From positions 186,001 through 250,000 of the forward strand of contig NW_013657655.1 in the NCBI RefSeq assembly GCF_000142905.1: DNA of 64,000 nucleotides, given 5' to 3'. This document shows, piece by piece, positions 10,870-21,816 of this stretch. A program made the translations under genes and the position numbers. This stretch comes from Thecamonas trahens ATCC 50062. Its lineage: Eukaryota; Protista; Apusomonadida. Each line of letters opens with the position of its first letter. Position 1 is the first letter of the stretch. The notes under the pieces were generated by a model, which searched no databases, was not told the origin of the DNA, and saw only the letters and a program-made list of their open reading frames with translations.

Positions 10870-12753
10870 TCACTCATCGAGCGGCTGCACGTTAGCCAGT
10901 TCAACGTCGTCCTCGTCGTCGTAGCCGTCAAAGACAACCGTAATCACTTGTTCGTTGGCGTAGGTAGCGACTACTTCGGCCGGATACAACAGACCGTCGC
11001 CATCGTACACGGCCAGGACACGGTCGCCAGGCACAAATACGTCGGCAGAGACAACGACGGCGGTCTCAGCGTCGACGCCGCAGTCGCTCCCGGCAGAGTC
11101 GAGGGAGTCTGACGAAAGTGCGTCGCGATCGTCGAGAAGCTTGCTGCGGCGGGCGTTGCCGCGCAAGTGAGCCTGGAACAGCTGGGCAGTAGCAGCCCGG
11201 GCACTGGCATCGTCGTCAAGCAGCTCGTGGCGGAGCGAGTTACCGCGGAGCTGGGCTTGTAGAGTGGTGGCTGCAGACGTGATGCGGGGCGCTTGCGGGA
11301 GGTCAGCAGGCTCAGGATTGGTCTCGCTAGGGTCCAATTCAGAGTCGAGGAGCGCCTTGCGACGTGCGTTGCCTCTCAGCGTGGCCTGGAGCACGTAGAC
11401 AGCCTTGCTTCTCTGCGCAGCAGCGCGGGCGGAGGCTTGCGCGGCGCGAGAAGCTGCGGTCCTCTCCCGCTTGGCACGGAAGACAGCCTGGATACGTGCA
11501 GCAGCAGCGGCCTTTTCGGCAAGGTCGGCCTGGACAGCGGGGCGGACTCGGGCCTCAAACACCGGCAGATATGGTGCTGGCATGAGTGTAGCTAGAAAAG
11601 CCGCCACATGGGATGGCGGGAGCGGAAAATCGAGCCCAGACGCGACATCAGGGGTTTTGCGCAGGCCAGCATCGAGAAGGAGATGAACATACTCGTCGGA
11701 GCACGCATCAGTGTCGGCAAAGTTGAGATCAGTGACCAAGTCGGCGAGCGCACCAAGCGTCGAGGTCCGCCACGCGCGAACGGCGTGGCCGCGGTAGACA
11801 GCCTGGATCCTGGTGGCGGCAACTGCCTCGTCAGCTTTCCGGACGCGACACGCTTTGCGTACGGCATGGCCACGGTAGGCGGCCTGGATCCTGATGGCGG
11901 CGACCGCCTCGTCGGCCTGCCGGACGCGGCGCGCCTTGCGCACGACATGGCCGCGGTACGAGGCCTGAATCTTGGTGGCAGCAGCAGCACGGGCGGCAGC
12001 AAGGGCAGCAGCCTCGGCTTCAGCATCGGCCTTGGCCTTGGCCCGCGCTTCTGCTGCGGCCTTGGCCTTTGCACGTGCGGCGGCGATAGCGGCGGCCTCG
12101 GCCTCGGCCTCTGAGCGTGCGTTAGCCTTTGCCTCTGCACGTGCGTTAGCCTCAGCCTGGGCTTGGATGCTGGCATCGGCTGCCTTTGGGAGAGCCTCGA
12201 GTAGCTCGTGTCGTGGCGGCGAGGGAGTGAGCTCAACACGAGGGGCGGGAACTGGGCGATCGACGGCATGGACGTGGCCATCGCGGGCGCGGAGCTCCTC
12301 GGCGAGGGCAGAGGCAGCAAAAGCGAGGACGTCATCGGGGCGTGCAGTGGCAACCGCAAGAGTCAGTCGCTCCAGCAGAGGACGCAAGCCGCAGGACTCG
12401 AGGAAGGACGCCGCCGAGGCCGCCGTCGTTGCCGCGGCAACAGCGCCGGGCGGCGGGAGGGCGGCATGCTGCGGGGGCGGCGAGGGCGCAACAAAGCGCG
12501 GACGTCCAGTGCCATCCACTCGAACCCGCGTCGCTGTCGACACCGAGCCCGAGACCGGTGGGAGGACAGCATGGCCAGTCGGGGCGGCAGTGTGGCCGGA
12601 GGGGGTGGTGGCACTGCCGCCGGCTGTCGTCGCCGGAAGGTGACCTGGCCGAGGACGGGCAGGCGGGCGTGGGCGGCGGGCGAAGCGGGAGGAGGCTGCG
12701 ACCCGGACAGGGACCCTGCCACGGGTACTCCTTCTCTCTCGTTGGGGGACCAT
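10870..12753 (-). CDS. RIIa/Dpy-30-like dimerisation-docking domain + 7 IQ motifs + C-terminal Tudor-like domain
   Basis: LRPLLERLTLAVATARPDDVLAFAA (D/D). Seven IQ/LQxxxRG-type motifs. GDRVLAVYDGDGLLYPAEV...VVFDGYDDED resembles the SMN-type Tudor. Confidence 0.75.
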   Translation of the reverse strand: MVPQRERRSTRGRVPVRVAASSRFARRPRPPARPRPGHLPATTAGGSATTPSGHTAAPTGHAVLPPVSGSVSTATRVRVDGTGRPRFVAPSPPPQHAALPPPGAVAAATTAASAASFLESCGLRPLLERLTLAVATARPDDVLAFAASALAEELRARDGHVHAVDRPVPAPRVELTPSPPRHELLEALPKAADASIQAQAEANARAEAKANARSEAEAEAAAIAAARAKAKAAAEARAKAKADAEAEAAALAAARAAAATKIQASYRGHVVRKARRVRQADEAVAAIRIQAAYRGHAVRKACRVRKADEAVAATRIQAVYRGHAVRAWRTSTLGALADLVTDLNFADTDACSDEYVHLLLDAGLRKTPDVASGLDFPLPPSHVAAFLATLMPAPYLPVFEARVRPAVQADLAEKAAAAARIQAVFRAKRERTAASRAAQASARAAAQRSKAVYVLQATLRGNARRKALLDSELDPSETNPEPADLPQAPRITSAATTLQAQLRGNSLRHELLDDDASARAATAQLFQAHLRGNARRSKLLDDRDALSSDSLDSAGSDCGVDAETAVVVSADVFVPGDRVLAVYDGDGLLYPAEVVATYANEQVITVVFDGYDDEDDVELANVQPLDE

Positions 12754-12971
12754 GCGGGTGAAGTGTGGTTGTGGCGTGTGTGTGTGGGGAGGGGGGGGGA
12801 AGGGGGGGGGGGCGATTCGGGCAACGGACGAGTGACGGACGAGTGACGGACGGGCCGCGGACGACTTGGAGGAGGTGGTGGTGATGATTGGCGTTGATCA
12901 GAGGGGGTTGCGGGGCGGGGGGGGCGGGGGGGGTGCGTGTGTTGTGCGCCTGTTTATGTGTTGATGCGAGG

Positions 12972-13862
12972 TCATGTGTCGATGCTGTCCGGGAGAGTGT
13001 AGTCGACGGCGTAGTCGGCAGTGTCGTCGGTGGTGTCGGCATCGGTGGCGGGGCCATCGTCGGCGTTGTCAAGGAGAAAGTAGCCCGAGGAGGCGACGTT
13101 GAGACCCGGGTGACTCCGAAGGTCAGTGAGTGCAGGGGGATCGGAGGCGGCGGCGATAGGCGGTGGGTGGCGGAGGCGGTGGGTGGCGATGGCGGTGGCG
13201 GCGGCGACGGTGACGACGCCGGCGATGATGGATGAGGTCCAGTAGTTGGCCGGCGCACCATAGGTAGCAACGAGTGAGTGGCCGGTCAGCATCCACACGG
13301 AGCCGATAGCGAGCGGGGCGGCGGCAAACCAGGCGACAGCAGCCACGCGGCGAGGCGACCAGGGGAGACGGCGCGGGAACTTGCGGCCAGTCCGCGGCAG
13401 CGAGTACATGGCGATGTGACCGTGAGCAGCGGCCAGCGGATGGATCGAGAGCCACAGATCGAGCGAGAGCACAACCGGTGGCACCCAGTGGACCCATGCA
13501 GTGGCGAGGTAGGCGGCAGTGAGCGAGACGCCCATGTCGGCAGCCTTGCGGGCGAGAAAGTGCGGATCGTAGACAAAGACAAGGAGCGTAGCCAGGACGG
13601 CAACCATCCAGGCGCCGGCAAACGATGCACCGTGCATGCCAACGACAAGAGCGCGATACATGGGATAACCTGCGGCGCGATGGTCAGGATGCAGGAGCGG
13701 GAGCTCCAGATAGAGCACATGGGTGACCATGAGCCAGAATGTGAGGTTGGTGGTGAAGATGCGCGGGGCGTGGACGGCGACGCCGACAGCGTTGACCAGG
13801 TACAGGTAGAACGAGATCCTCCGCACGGCGAGCCCGTAGCTGCGGGCGGTAGCCGAGGTCAT
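12972..13862 (-). CDS. FAR-17a/AIG1-like integral membrane protein (possible Thr/His hydrolase)
   Basis: About 6 hydrophobic segments. FTTNLTFW and [15 protein letters not shown] resemble the conserved Thr and His motifs of the AIG1/ADTRP family. ATG at 13862 follows a C-rich leader. Confidence 0.6.
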   Translation of the reverse strand: MTSATARSYGLAVRRISFYLYLVNAVGVAVHAPRIFTTNLTFWLMVTHVLYLELPLLHPDHRAAGYPMYRALVVGMHGASFAGAWMVAVLATLLVFVYDPHFLARKAADMGVSLTAAYLATAWVHWVPPVVLSLDLWLSIHPLAAAHGHIAMYSLPRTGRKFPRRLPWSPRRVAAVAWFAAAPLAIGSVWMLTGHSLVATYGAPANYWTSSIIAGVVTVAAATAIATHRLRHPPPIAAASDPPALTDLRSHPGLNVASSGYFLLDNADDGPATDADTTDDTADYAVDYTLPDSIDT

Positions 13863-14054
13863 ACCTGAGGACGTTGTCAGGTGGTGGTAGTGTTGGCGGT
13901 GAAGAGGAGGGGGGGGGGGTGGAGATGACCATGGCGGTAGCGATGGGGATGGCGATAGTGATCGATGGCTGTAGTTACCATGAGCATGGGCGTGCATGTG
14001 TGTCTGTGTATGTATGGTGGGGGTATATGTGTATAGGGAGGGGCGGGGGTCGGG

Positions 14055-14292
14055 TCGGGTCGGCTGGCTGGCTGGCTGGTAGGTTGGTGGGTTGGCTGGC
14101 TGGATGGATAGATGGCTGGCTGGTTGGTTGGTTGGTTGGTTGGTGTGTTGGCTGGCTGGATAGATGGCTTGATGGATGGCTGGCTGGCTGGCTGGCTGGA
14201 TGGATGGATGGATGGATGGCTGGCTGGCTTGATGGATGGCTGGCTGGCTGGCTGGATGGTTGGTGGGTTGGCTGGCTGGCTGGCTGGCTGGT
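14055..14292. repeat. Compound tetranucleotide microsatellite (GGCT/GGAT/GGTT)n
   Basis: About 60 tandem 4-mers directly visible. Confidence 0.95.
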
Positions 14293-14505
14293 TCTGCCCG
14301 TAGTGCTCTGTGCCCCTGTCACCACCCACCCCCACCCACTACCTGCTACTCACGGCACAATGCCGCCGTGGCACATCCAGCGACAGAGATGATGGAGGCA
14401 GTTTGTTTATGATCACAGCCATGGCTATAGGTACTCATGGTGGCCATCATGATGACCATCAACAGCAAGCATGTACTGACTGGCAGGAGCAGGAGAGTAA
14501 CCGAC

Positions 14506-14805
14506 TCAGACGTAGATTCCGACAGAGAGCATGATGAAGAGACCAGCAAGACCAAGGGTGACCGAGGCAGCAGCCGCAAGACCAAGCTCAACGGGAAGGC
14601 CCTTGGCGGAAGCAGCCGTGGTAACCTGGTGGAGGAAGAAGGCAGCACCAAGAGCAAGGCCAACGACGGCGAGGACAAAGGCCAGCGTGGTGAAGAGCGA
14701 GGGAGGGAGGGGCGGCGACCAGGCGTAGCTCTCGCCCGACAGGACCTTCCCCAGCACAGCAGGTACACACGCAGCACACACAATGGCTCTCCGCAGCATT
14801 GTCAT
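14506..14805 (-). CDS. TMEM258: Oligosaccharyltransferase subunit OST5/TMEM258
   Basis: SPPLPPSLFTTLAFVLAVVGL...ELGLAAAASVTLGLAGLFIMLSVGIYV; two TM helices and the diagnostic GIYV C-terminus. Confidence 0.9.
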   Translation of the reverse strand: MTMLRRAIVCAACVPAVLGKVLSGESYAWSPPLPPSLFTTLAFVLAVVGLALGAAFFLHQVTTAASAKGLPVELGLAAAASVTLGLAGLFIMLSVGIYV

Positions 14806-14869
14806 CCTTCTCTACCTCCTTCTTGTTGCGTAGCGTGAGGTGGTGTCCATCCCCCTCCCCCCTCCCCTC

Positions 14870-15261
14870 NNNNNNNNNNNNNNNNNNNNNNNNNNNNNNN
14901 NNNNNNNNNNNNNNNNNNNNNNNNNNNNNNNNNNNNNNNNNNNNNNNNNNNNNNNNNNNNNNNNNNNNNNNNNNNNNNNNNNNNNNNNNNNNNNNNNNNN
15001 NNNNNNNNNNNNNNNNNNNNNNNNNNNNNNNNNNNNNNNNNNNNNNNNNNNNNNNNNNNNNNNNNNNNNNNNNNNNNNNNNNNNNNNNNNNNNNNNNNNN
15101 NNNNNNNNNNNNNNNNNNNNNNNNNNNNNNNNNNNNNNNNNNNNNNNNNNNNNNNNNNNNNNNNNNNNNNNNNNNNNNNNNNNNNNNNNNNNNNNNNNNN
15201 NNNNNNNNNNNNNNNNNNNNNNNNNNNNNNNNNNNNNNNNNNNNNNNNNNNNNNNNNNNNN
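14870..15261. other. Assembly gap in the divergent TMEM258/MED16 promoter
   Basis: N run flanked by poly-C. Confidence 1.
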
Positions 15262-15419
15262 CCCCCCCCCCCCCTCCCCCTCCCCCCCCACCCCCCCCTC
15301 CCCTCCCTCCTGTGATCACCATGACCAGAGGACACGATCATGATCGATCATGATCACAGCCACAGTGATCGCCACCTCTCCCCCCTTCCCCTCCCCCCCC
15401 CCAACTACCCCTACGCAGC

Positions 15420-18299
15420 ATGCAGGCGCTGGTCACGGTGCGGAATGAGAGTGCAGAGCTGGAAAAGGCTCCGGCACATCGACGACTGGATGTTGTGGCT
15501 GAGGAGCTTGTGGACGGTGCGTGTGGGACGGCGGCGGCGGCAAGGGCTTGGCCCGGCCTCGGCGCTGACGGCCGGGTGGTGGCCTGGTCCGACACCGGGG
15601 TGGTGGCGTACGCCTGCGAGGCCACTGAAGACGGGTCTGGAGCGGGCGAGGTCGCCAAAGGCAAGGCACAGGCAAAGAGTGAGCGGAGCGTGTGCGTGGT
15701 CCAGCCGGGCGAGCCGGGCGAGGTCGCCATCGTGGCCACGGGCCTCCGGGCAGCCATTCGCTGGCTCGCCTGGTCCCCTCTCGGCACGCGGCCGCGACTG
15801 CTAGTTGTTGATGACGACGCCATGGTTACTGTCCTCTCCACGTCTACACAGCACAGTGCATCCGTCAACGAGTGGATCGTCTCCAAGCCCGAGTCGCTTG
15901 CCGAGTCGGTCGGTCCCGTTGCCGCAGTCGCCTGGCTCAGCTGCCCCGGATGGCTGCATCTGCCCAAGCCGAGCCGGAGCCCACCGAGCTCATCAGCCCC
16001 CATCCCCGACTGGACGGCCGAAATGGCCCGCGATCCCCAGCGAGGGCCCGGGGAGCAGTACACGATGCACGACATAGTTGCGTTCATCGGCATCTCGGGC
16101 GTTTTTGCGCAGTATGTCGTCGAAAATGGCACGCCTCGCCTCAACTCGTCGATTATCCTCCCGGTCCAGCATCGCATGACGCAGGCCGCCATGGTCGGCA
16201 CCACTTCAGGCGGTGTCCGAGTTGCCTGGGCCGACACTTCGCGCGCCGTCACCGTGTGCAGCATCTCTTATTCGAATCTCCTGCCGTCGCTCTCTCATCT
16301 TGTCGGGACCTTTACCGCCTCGGCGCCGCCGCTGGCCGGGCCGTCGTCCAAGATTCACATTCCGGCACCGGCCATCGTCACCCACATGGCTTTTCACTCT
16401 GCAGAGCCCGGCCTCCTCTACACGGTCACGTGCAATGCCGCGAGCGAGTCGCGCCTCGAGCAGTGGCGGGTCGGCTCGCTCGAGGGGACCTTGCCGCCCG
16501 AGGCGCAGCCAGCACACGAGCCTGGGGCACTCGACGATCCACTGGAGACCTTTCTGTCTGGCATCACGTCAAGCGCGCCGCCGCCAGCTCGCCTCCACTT
16601 TCTCGACTTTTCAAGCCAGGACGACACGATTGTCGATGGCGCCGAGCCCAAGCCGAGCTTGTCGCTCGTCGACGCGCTCGCCGGGCGAGTCACTGCGCTA
16701 GTCGTCTCAGACCCGCTCTATGCTCGCGCCGATACCATTCCTATGGCATCCGTGGCGGTCGGCCTCGGATCCGGTGCTGTCCACATCTTTGACGCCGACA
16801 ACCTTGCCAAGCTCGACGTGGCCAATCCGGCGCGCGTGCCACCGCCGGCCGCGTCCAAGAAGCGAAAGGTGCTCTCCGGGCACGCCGATGCAATGGCCGC
16901 AATTGCCCATGCCCACCCCTACACCTCTCCACCGAGCACACCGCTGGCGCTAGCATTTGCGCCATGTAGTGGCGCGCTGGTTGCACTCGACGCCGCCGAC
17001 GCACTGCATTTCTTCGCCCACCCTGCAGTGCTGGCACCAGCGGTGCCGGCAACGTCTGCGCTTACCAGCGCCTTTCTCGCCGCCATTGCCAACCGCGTCG
17101 AGTTTTGGGATCTTGTCTTTCTCGCCCGCGCCTATGCACTGAACAACACGGCTGGCGCAGGAGTCTTTGTCCGCGGTGTCATCACCGACCTCGCCGCCGC
17201 CCTCGACCGGCTCCCTGACCCGGTCCGCCGTGTCCACGAGCCGGCAACTCTCGCGGCCATTGTCTCACTCCTCCAGCTCCTCGAGAACTCTGAAGTTGCG
17301 ATCATCAACGCGCGGTCGAGCATCCTCCTTCTCTACATGCTTGATGTCATCGAGCGGGTGAGCGGGCCAATGGCCCCATTCCATGAGGCGCTTGCCAGTG
17401 ATTACGCGCTCTTGGCATCAACTAGGCAGTCTTGGGCGCGGATGCCGGCAAGTAGCGCAGGCTCAACGACCGGCGCCGACCTGGTCCCTGTGCTCGAGGA
17501 CGAGCGACTCGGCGACATCAACATGTACTGGCATTTTTCGCAGTATGATGCCCTCTCGCTCATGCATATTGTCAACTGGACGCTCCAGTTTGGCCTCTTT
17601 CTCATTTCCAACCTGCGACGGTACGCGACTGTGGCCGAGGCCGAGCCGTCGCAAATTCCGCTTGTCGAGGTTGTCACCAGCGAGCAGGCGAGCAAGGCAC
17701 TCGCCCGCTTCCGCGAGCTCCTCCTCCTTGTCGCGCTTCTCCTGCGTGACCCGAGCATCATCGATTGTGACGTGGTCAAGCAGCTATGGCAGTATCGGGC
17801 GTCGCCGCAGTATGCGGACAACATGTACCACGTGGTGAGCCAGCTGTATGTCCTCTCCCAGGCCGAGCGCGACGACAGCTCACGGCGTGCAGCGCTGCTG
17901 CACATACTCCGCGACGATGTCATTGCCCTCTTCTCGCCCTCGCCGTCATCGACAGACATCGACAAGGTCTTTCAGCGCCTCGACCTCCACCCGCACCGAA
18001 TCGACATCCTTGCCACCGCGCCCACGGTCGGCTCGGCCTCGCCGGCGGGACCGTCCAAGCGCAGCGTCCATGCAAGTGAGCACGTCTCGTCGGTCATCCA
18101 CCCGCCGTCCACTCCGCCGGCTCTGCCTCGTCTTGCCACCCAGAGTGATGTGCTCACTCGCCACATCTTGCAGGGCAGCTCGTCGCGCCGGCAATGCATG
18201 CGGTGCCATGGCGTAACAGAAGCCCGCCACCTGTGGTCAAGCGCCTGGATCCACGGCTGCCCATGCGGCGGCCGCTGGAAAACGGTCTACCGCGGCTAG
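15420..18299 (+). CDS. MED16: Mediator subunit Med16/Sin4 (a 5' exon could lie in the gap)
   Basis: N-terminal beta-propeller-like region (VVAWS, LAWSPLGTRPRLLVVD, SVNEW). Helical middle (EFWDLV). C-terminal RQCMRC...W...CPCGGRW signature. Confidence 0.85.
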   Translation: MQALVTVRNESAELEKAPAHRRLDVVAEELVDGACGTAAAARAWPGLGADGRVVAWSDTGVVAYACEATEDGSGAGEVAKGKAQAKSERSVCVVQPGEPGEVAIVATGLRAAIRWLAWSPLGTRPRLLVVDDDAMVTVLSTSTQHSASVNEWIVSKPESLAESVGPVAAVAWLSCPGWLHLPKPSRSPPSSSAPIPDWTAEMARDPQRGPGEQYTMHDIVAFIGISGVFAQYVVENGTPRLNSSIILPVQHRMTQAAMVGTTSGGVRVAWADTSRAVTVCSISYSNLLPSLSHLVGTFTASAPPLAGPSSKIHIPAPAIVTHMAFHSAEPGLLYTVTCNAASESRLEQWRVGSLEGTLPPEAQPAHEPGALDDPLETFLSGITSSAPPPARLHFLDFSSQDDTIVDGAEPKPSLSLVDALAGRVTALVVSDPLYARADTIPMASVAVGLGSGAVHIFDADNLAKLDVANPARVPPPAASKKRKVLSGHADAMAAIAHAHPYTSPPSTPLALAFAPCSGALVALDAADALHFFAHPAVLAPAVPATSALTSAFLAAIANRVEFWDLVFLARAYALNNTAGAGVFVRGVITDLAAALDRLPDPVRRVHEPATLAAIVSLLQLLENSEVAIINARSSILLLYMLDVIERVSGPMAPFHEALASDYALLASTRQSWARMPASSAGSTTGADLVPVLEDERLGDINMYWHFSQYDALSLMHIVNWTLQFGLFLISNLRRYATVAEAEPSQIPLVEVVTSEQASKALARFRELLLLVALLLRDPSIIDCDVVKQLWQYRASPQYADNMYHVVSQLYVLSQAERDDSSRRAALLHILRDDVIALFSPSPSSTDIDKVFQRLDLHPHRIDILATAPTVGSASPAGPSKRSVHASEHVSSVIHPPSTPPALPRLATQSDVLTRHILQGSSSRRQCMRCHGVTEARHLWSSAWIHGCPCGGRWKTVYRG

Positions 18300-18302
18300 C
18301 GT

Positions 18303-20125
18303 TTACTCGTACTCGTACTCGTACTCGTACTCGTAGGTGTGCGGCGGGCGACCGCCGCTCTCGGCCGGCTCGGGCGCTACCCGCAGCGTCTCGATCGCCT
18401 GCACAGGCGCCTTGCTCCGCGCCACCATCCGCGCCCGCATCTCCTCCCGCTCGGTAAACTGGAACGGCTCGGGAATGATCTCACCGGTACGCGACCGCCG
18501 TGCTGCGACCCGCTTTCCACGGACCCGCGCTTTCTTCTCCTCCTTCAGCATACGCGCCTTCTTCATCCGCGCCACAAACTTGCTCATCGAGTTTTGTGCG
18601 AGCTCTGCCGACGACCTCGCCTTGAGGCTCTCTGACTTGCGCTCGCCTTGTCCCCCTCGTTGGCCGTCCGCCGATCGACCGGCTGCGGCTCGGGCAAGGG
18701 AGGGGAGGTCGGGTCTGACTTTGCCTGCCCACGGCCACGGCCGCGCCCACCACGTCCACCACGTCCGCCACGTCCACCACGTCCACCACGTCCACCACGT
18801 CCACCACGTCCGCCACGTCCGCCACGTCCACCGATCTGGCCCCGGCCCCGGCCCCGGCCCCGGCCCCGGCCCAAACCTCGCCGAATGGGCCGTGTTCGAG
18901 ATGGCGACTCTTCGCCTTCGTCGCTCTCGTACACATACTCGTAGTCAGGATCGGATCTATCACCACCGCTTCTTGCACCGGGGCGCGCTTCAGCGGCGAG
19001 ACGCGACTGCGCCGCAACCCGGACCGTAGAACTTGGGGTGCGGCGGAGCGGATGGTTGACCTTGGGATGAAATGTGAGCTCTTCGTCTTCGGGATCGGCC
19101 TTGGACGCCGCGAGCTGGGCGAGGCGCGCCTCCTTGGCGGCGAGCCACTCCTTGTTGCGTTTCTCAAACGAGGGCAGCTCGTCGACAAGGTCGCTGCGGC
19201 GTGAAGCAACCTGCGGGCGGAATGGATGCGAGGACTTGAATCGTCGCTCGGCCTGGCGGGCGAGGGCGATGCGCTTGGCCTCCTGCTCCTGTCCGCGGCG
19301 GTACATGTGCTCGGTCCGGTACGCCCCCATGTAGTCAAGCCTGTCCTCATCGCGATCTGCGGTGAGCTTGGCTGAGCGCGAGTTGATCTTGGGTCGAAAT
19401 GTGCACTCCTCGTAGCCCTTGAGCTTGCGGACCTTGTGCCCGCGGACCGAGCCCGAGGCCGACGAGTTGATGGCCGACCCGTCGAGCGAGCTGATTTCCG
19501 ACGGCGCCAATGCCGGCGGGATCCGGTCTCTCACCGACGGCTTACCCTGCGCCAGCCGCTTCGACCGCTTGTTGATCGCTGGCTTGAACGTCAGCTCTTT
19601 GTCCACCTCACCGCTGTGGTGTCGCTTCCGCGCCGCCGCCGCCACCGCCGCCGCCGCAGACGCCGGCCGCCGCCGCCCACCAGCAGACCCCCCCCTGCCA
19701 CCGGCCACCGCCGCCCGCGGCCGGCGCCTCTCGTCGTCTGCGCCACCACCTCCGCCTCTGCCACCGTCACCACGATCACTTCCGCCTGCCGTGGCGACGC
19801 GACTGTTGCGTCCCGGCTGCTTCGGTCGCCCTCTGCTTGGCTGCAGACGGGCGGCCGGTGGCGCTGGACCGTAGGCCTTGCCCAAGGCTCGGGCCTCAGC
19901 CAGCAGGCCCGGCGGGAGCGGCAGAGAGAGCCCATCGGGGGACTTTTGCATGAGCAGCAGGGCGTGCTGCTCGAGTTGGTTGCGGCTGCGGAGAAGGGGG
20001 AGAGGAGGGGAAGGGTATGAGTGCCAGAGCCAGGGTAGGGGGGTAGGGCGTAGGGTGGGGAGAGGGTACCGGGGTGCCACCTACATCTGCTGCGCCCACT
20101 CGGACGTCCGCACATCACCAACCAT
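18303..20125 (-). CDS. Protein with TF(K/R)PxIN repeats and an RGG box. Exon 1 20125-20085, intron 20084-19986, -1 frame break near 18652-18656
   Basis: Repeats ELTFKPAINKRS, ECTFRPKINSRS, HPFRPQV, ELTFHPKVN. (RGG)n tract. GTAGGT...CCGCAG intron joins MVGDVRTSEWAQQI to RNQLEQ in phase. C-terminal ORF 18303-18587 continues in the -1 frame. Confidence 0.65.
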
Positions 20126-20424
20126 CTCTGCCTAGTGTGGCGTGTGCAAGAGCTTGCGAGAGAGTGCGGTGTTTCCGCCTTTGCCTTCTCCGGCCTGCCC
20201 TCTCGCAGCTGCCGCTCGGCGCGACGGGGCATTGGTGGCGAGGACATGTCAGCCTGGCCTCAATTTTTTCCCATCCCCACCCCCCACCCCCCACCCCCCA
20301 CTCCAGACCCTTTTCCTCAAACAGCTGCCGCACGCAGGCGTTCCCGGAACCACTCCCCCCCTCCTACCCCCCACGACCCCAACCCACGCCACCTCCCCCC
20401 CCCCCGCCCTCCCCCCCCCTTCCC

Positions 20425-21816
20425 ATGAACACCATTCACCTCTTCACCTTTGCTCTCACCCTGCTCCTCGCGACGGGCAGTTGCACCGCTCTCTACGGGA
20501 CGTACATCTCGGCGTTGAGCGGCTCCTCATGCCGCACTGTTCTCTCCCTTGACCACCTCCACTTCTACGCCGTCAACACTGGCTCGTGCGCGGGTGTGTA
20601 TCTCGGGACGTACACGACTGCCGGTGGGAGCGCGGAACTCCCTGCCGCCCTCATCGTCACCTACGCCTACGTCCCCTCCTCGGCCTCCAACCTGTTCACC
20701 GTTGGCGATGCTGTCACCTATCGCGTCACCCGCTCCGGCTCCTCAGGCTTTACTCTCGTCAACGCCGAGCGCTCCATCGACACTGCCTTTGCCCCTGTCG
20801 ACACCTCGTCCACCCCGCCCGGCTTCAGGGGCATCTGGCTCAAGCCAGCCGACAGCTCGTCGGCCCAGTACCTCCAGCTCCTCGACAACATGTTCATCTC
20901 GTATGTCATGGATCCCGAGCCGCGCGCCTTCCTCGGCTCGTACCACTTTGCTGGGGGATCGTCGTCCGAGATGACCGTCTCATACGGCCTCGCCGATCCG
21001 CCGTCCTCGCCCATCACGGCGGGCGCGTCGATCACGTTTACCGTCTCCACCCCAACCTCGGGCTCGGGCCTCAACTTTGCTAGCTCTGACCTCCAGACCT
21101 CCACCACCTTCTCCAGCCGCGTCGAGGACTCGTCCAACCTTGCCGGCGTCTGGCTTGATCCAAGCGTCGAGCACGGTTGCCAGCGCGCTGTTGTCTTTGC
21201 CGCAGGCATCTACCGCTCCTTCCGTGCAAACTGCCCCGATCCGACCAACACTTTTATGAACCTCGGCGTGTACTCGGCCAACACCGCCGACGGCTCCTTC
21301 GACGTCACCTACACCTACACCTCGGACGGCCGCATCACTCCGTCGTCTACAAAGGGCATTACCATGAACTACACCGTCAACGCTGCCAACACCGAGCTCC
21401 GCCTCACCAACGCCGCCAACAACCTTGACCTGACCTACTACCGTGTTTCGAGTGCAAAGACCTCGATCATTGCCTCCATCATCCTCGACGGCGACCTGGC
21501 CTCCTTCAACCGCGCTGACTTTATCAACGCCCTCGCTACCGCTCTCGGCACAAAGCCTGGCCTCCTCGCCGTTGTCGCTGTCAAGTCTGGCTCCATCGTT
21601 GTCGACGTCTCCATCGGTGATGACCCCGTGGGCGGCAAGTCGTCTGCCGACCTCTTTGCCACTCTCAAGGCCACGTCGACCATTGGCTCGTACTCGGTGG
21701 CCTCGGTCTCCAACGAGACGCCCGCTTCGACCTCGGGTGCTGCTGCGTTCCGCCCCACCGCCATCTCGGCGACCCTCGCTGTTCTCACTTCCCTCGCCCT
21801 CATCTTTGCGTCCTAG
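20425..21816 (+). CDS. Secreted, probably GPI-anchored surface protein: three beta-rich repeats + SEA-like domain
   Basis: Signal peptide MNTIHLFTFALTLLLATGSCTA. Repeats begin LYGTY, FRGIW and LAGVW. FINALATALG...VKSGSIVVDVSI. Ser/Ala spacer and hydrophobic C-terminus with no cytosolic tail. Confidence 0.8.
   Translation: MNTIHLFTFALTLLLATGSCTALYGTYISALSGSSCRTVLSLDHLHFYAVNTGSCAGVYLGTYTTAGGSAELPAALIVTYAYVPSSASNLFTVGDAVTYRVTRSGSSGFTLVNAERSIDTAFAPVDTSSTPPGFRGIWLKPADSSSAQYLQLLDNMFISYVMDPEPRAFLGSYHFAGGSSSEMTVSYGLADPPSSPITAGASITFTVSTPTSGSGLNFASSDLQTSTTFSSRVEDSSNLAGVWLDPSVEHGCQRAVVFAAGIYRSFRANCPDPTNTFMNLGVYSANTADGSFDVTYTYTSDGRITPSSTKGITMNYTVNAANTELRLTNAANNLDLTYYRVSSAKTSIIASIILDGDLASFNRADFINALATALGTKPGLLAVVAVKSGSIVVDVSIGDDPVGGKSSADLFATLKATSTIGSYSVASVSNETPASTSGAAAFRPTAISATLAVLTSLALIFAS

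Noticed and set aside
13975-14335. QPAS/WLAG repeat ORFs
   Set aside because: Translations of a tetranucleotide microsatellite.
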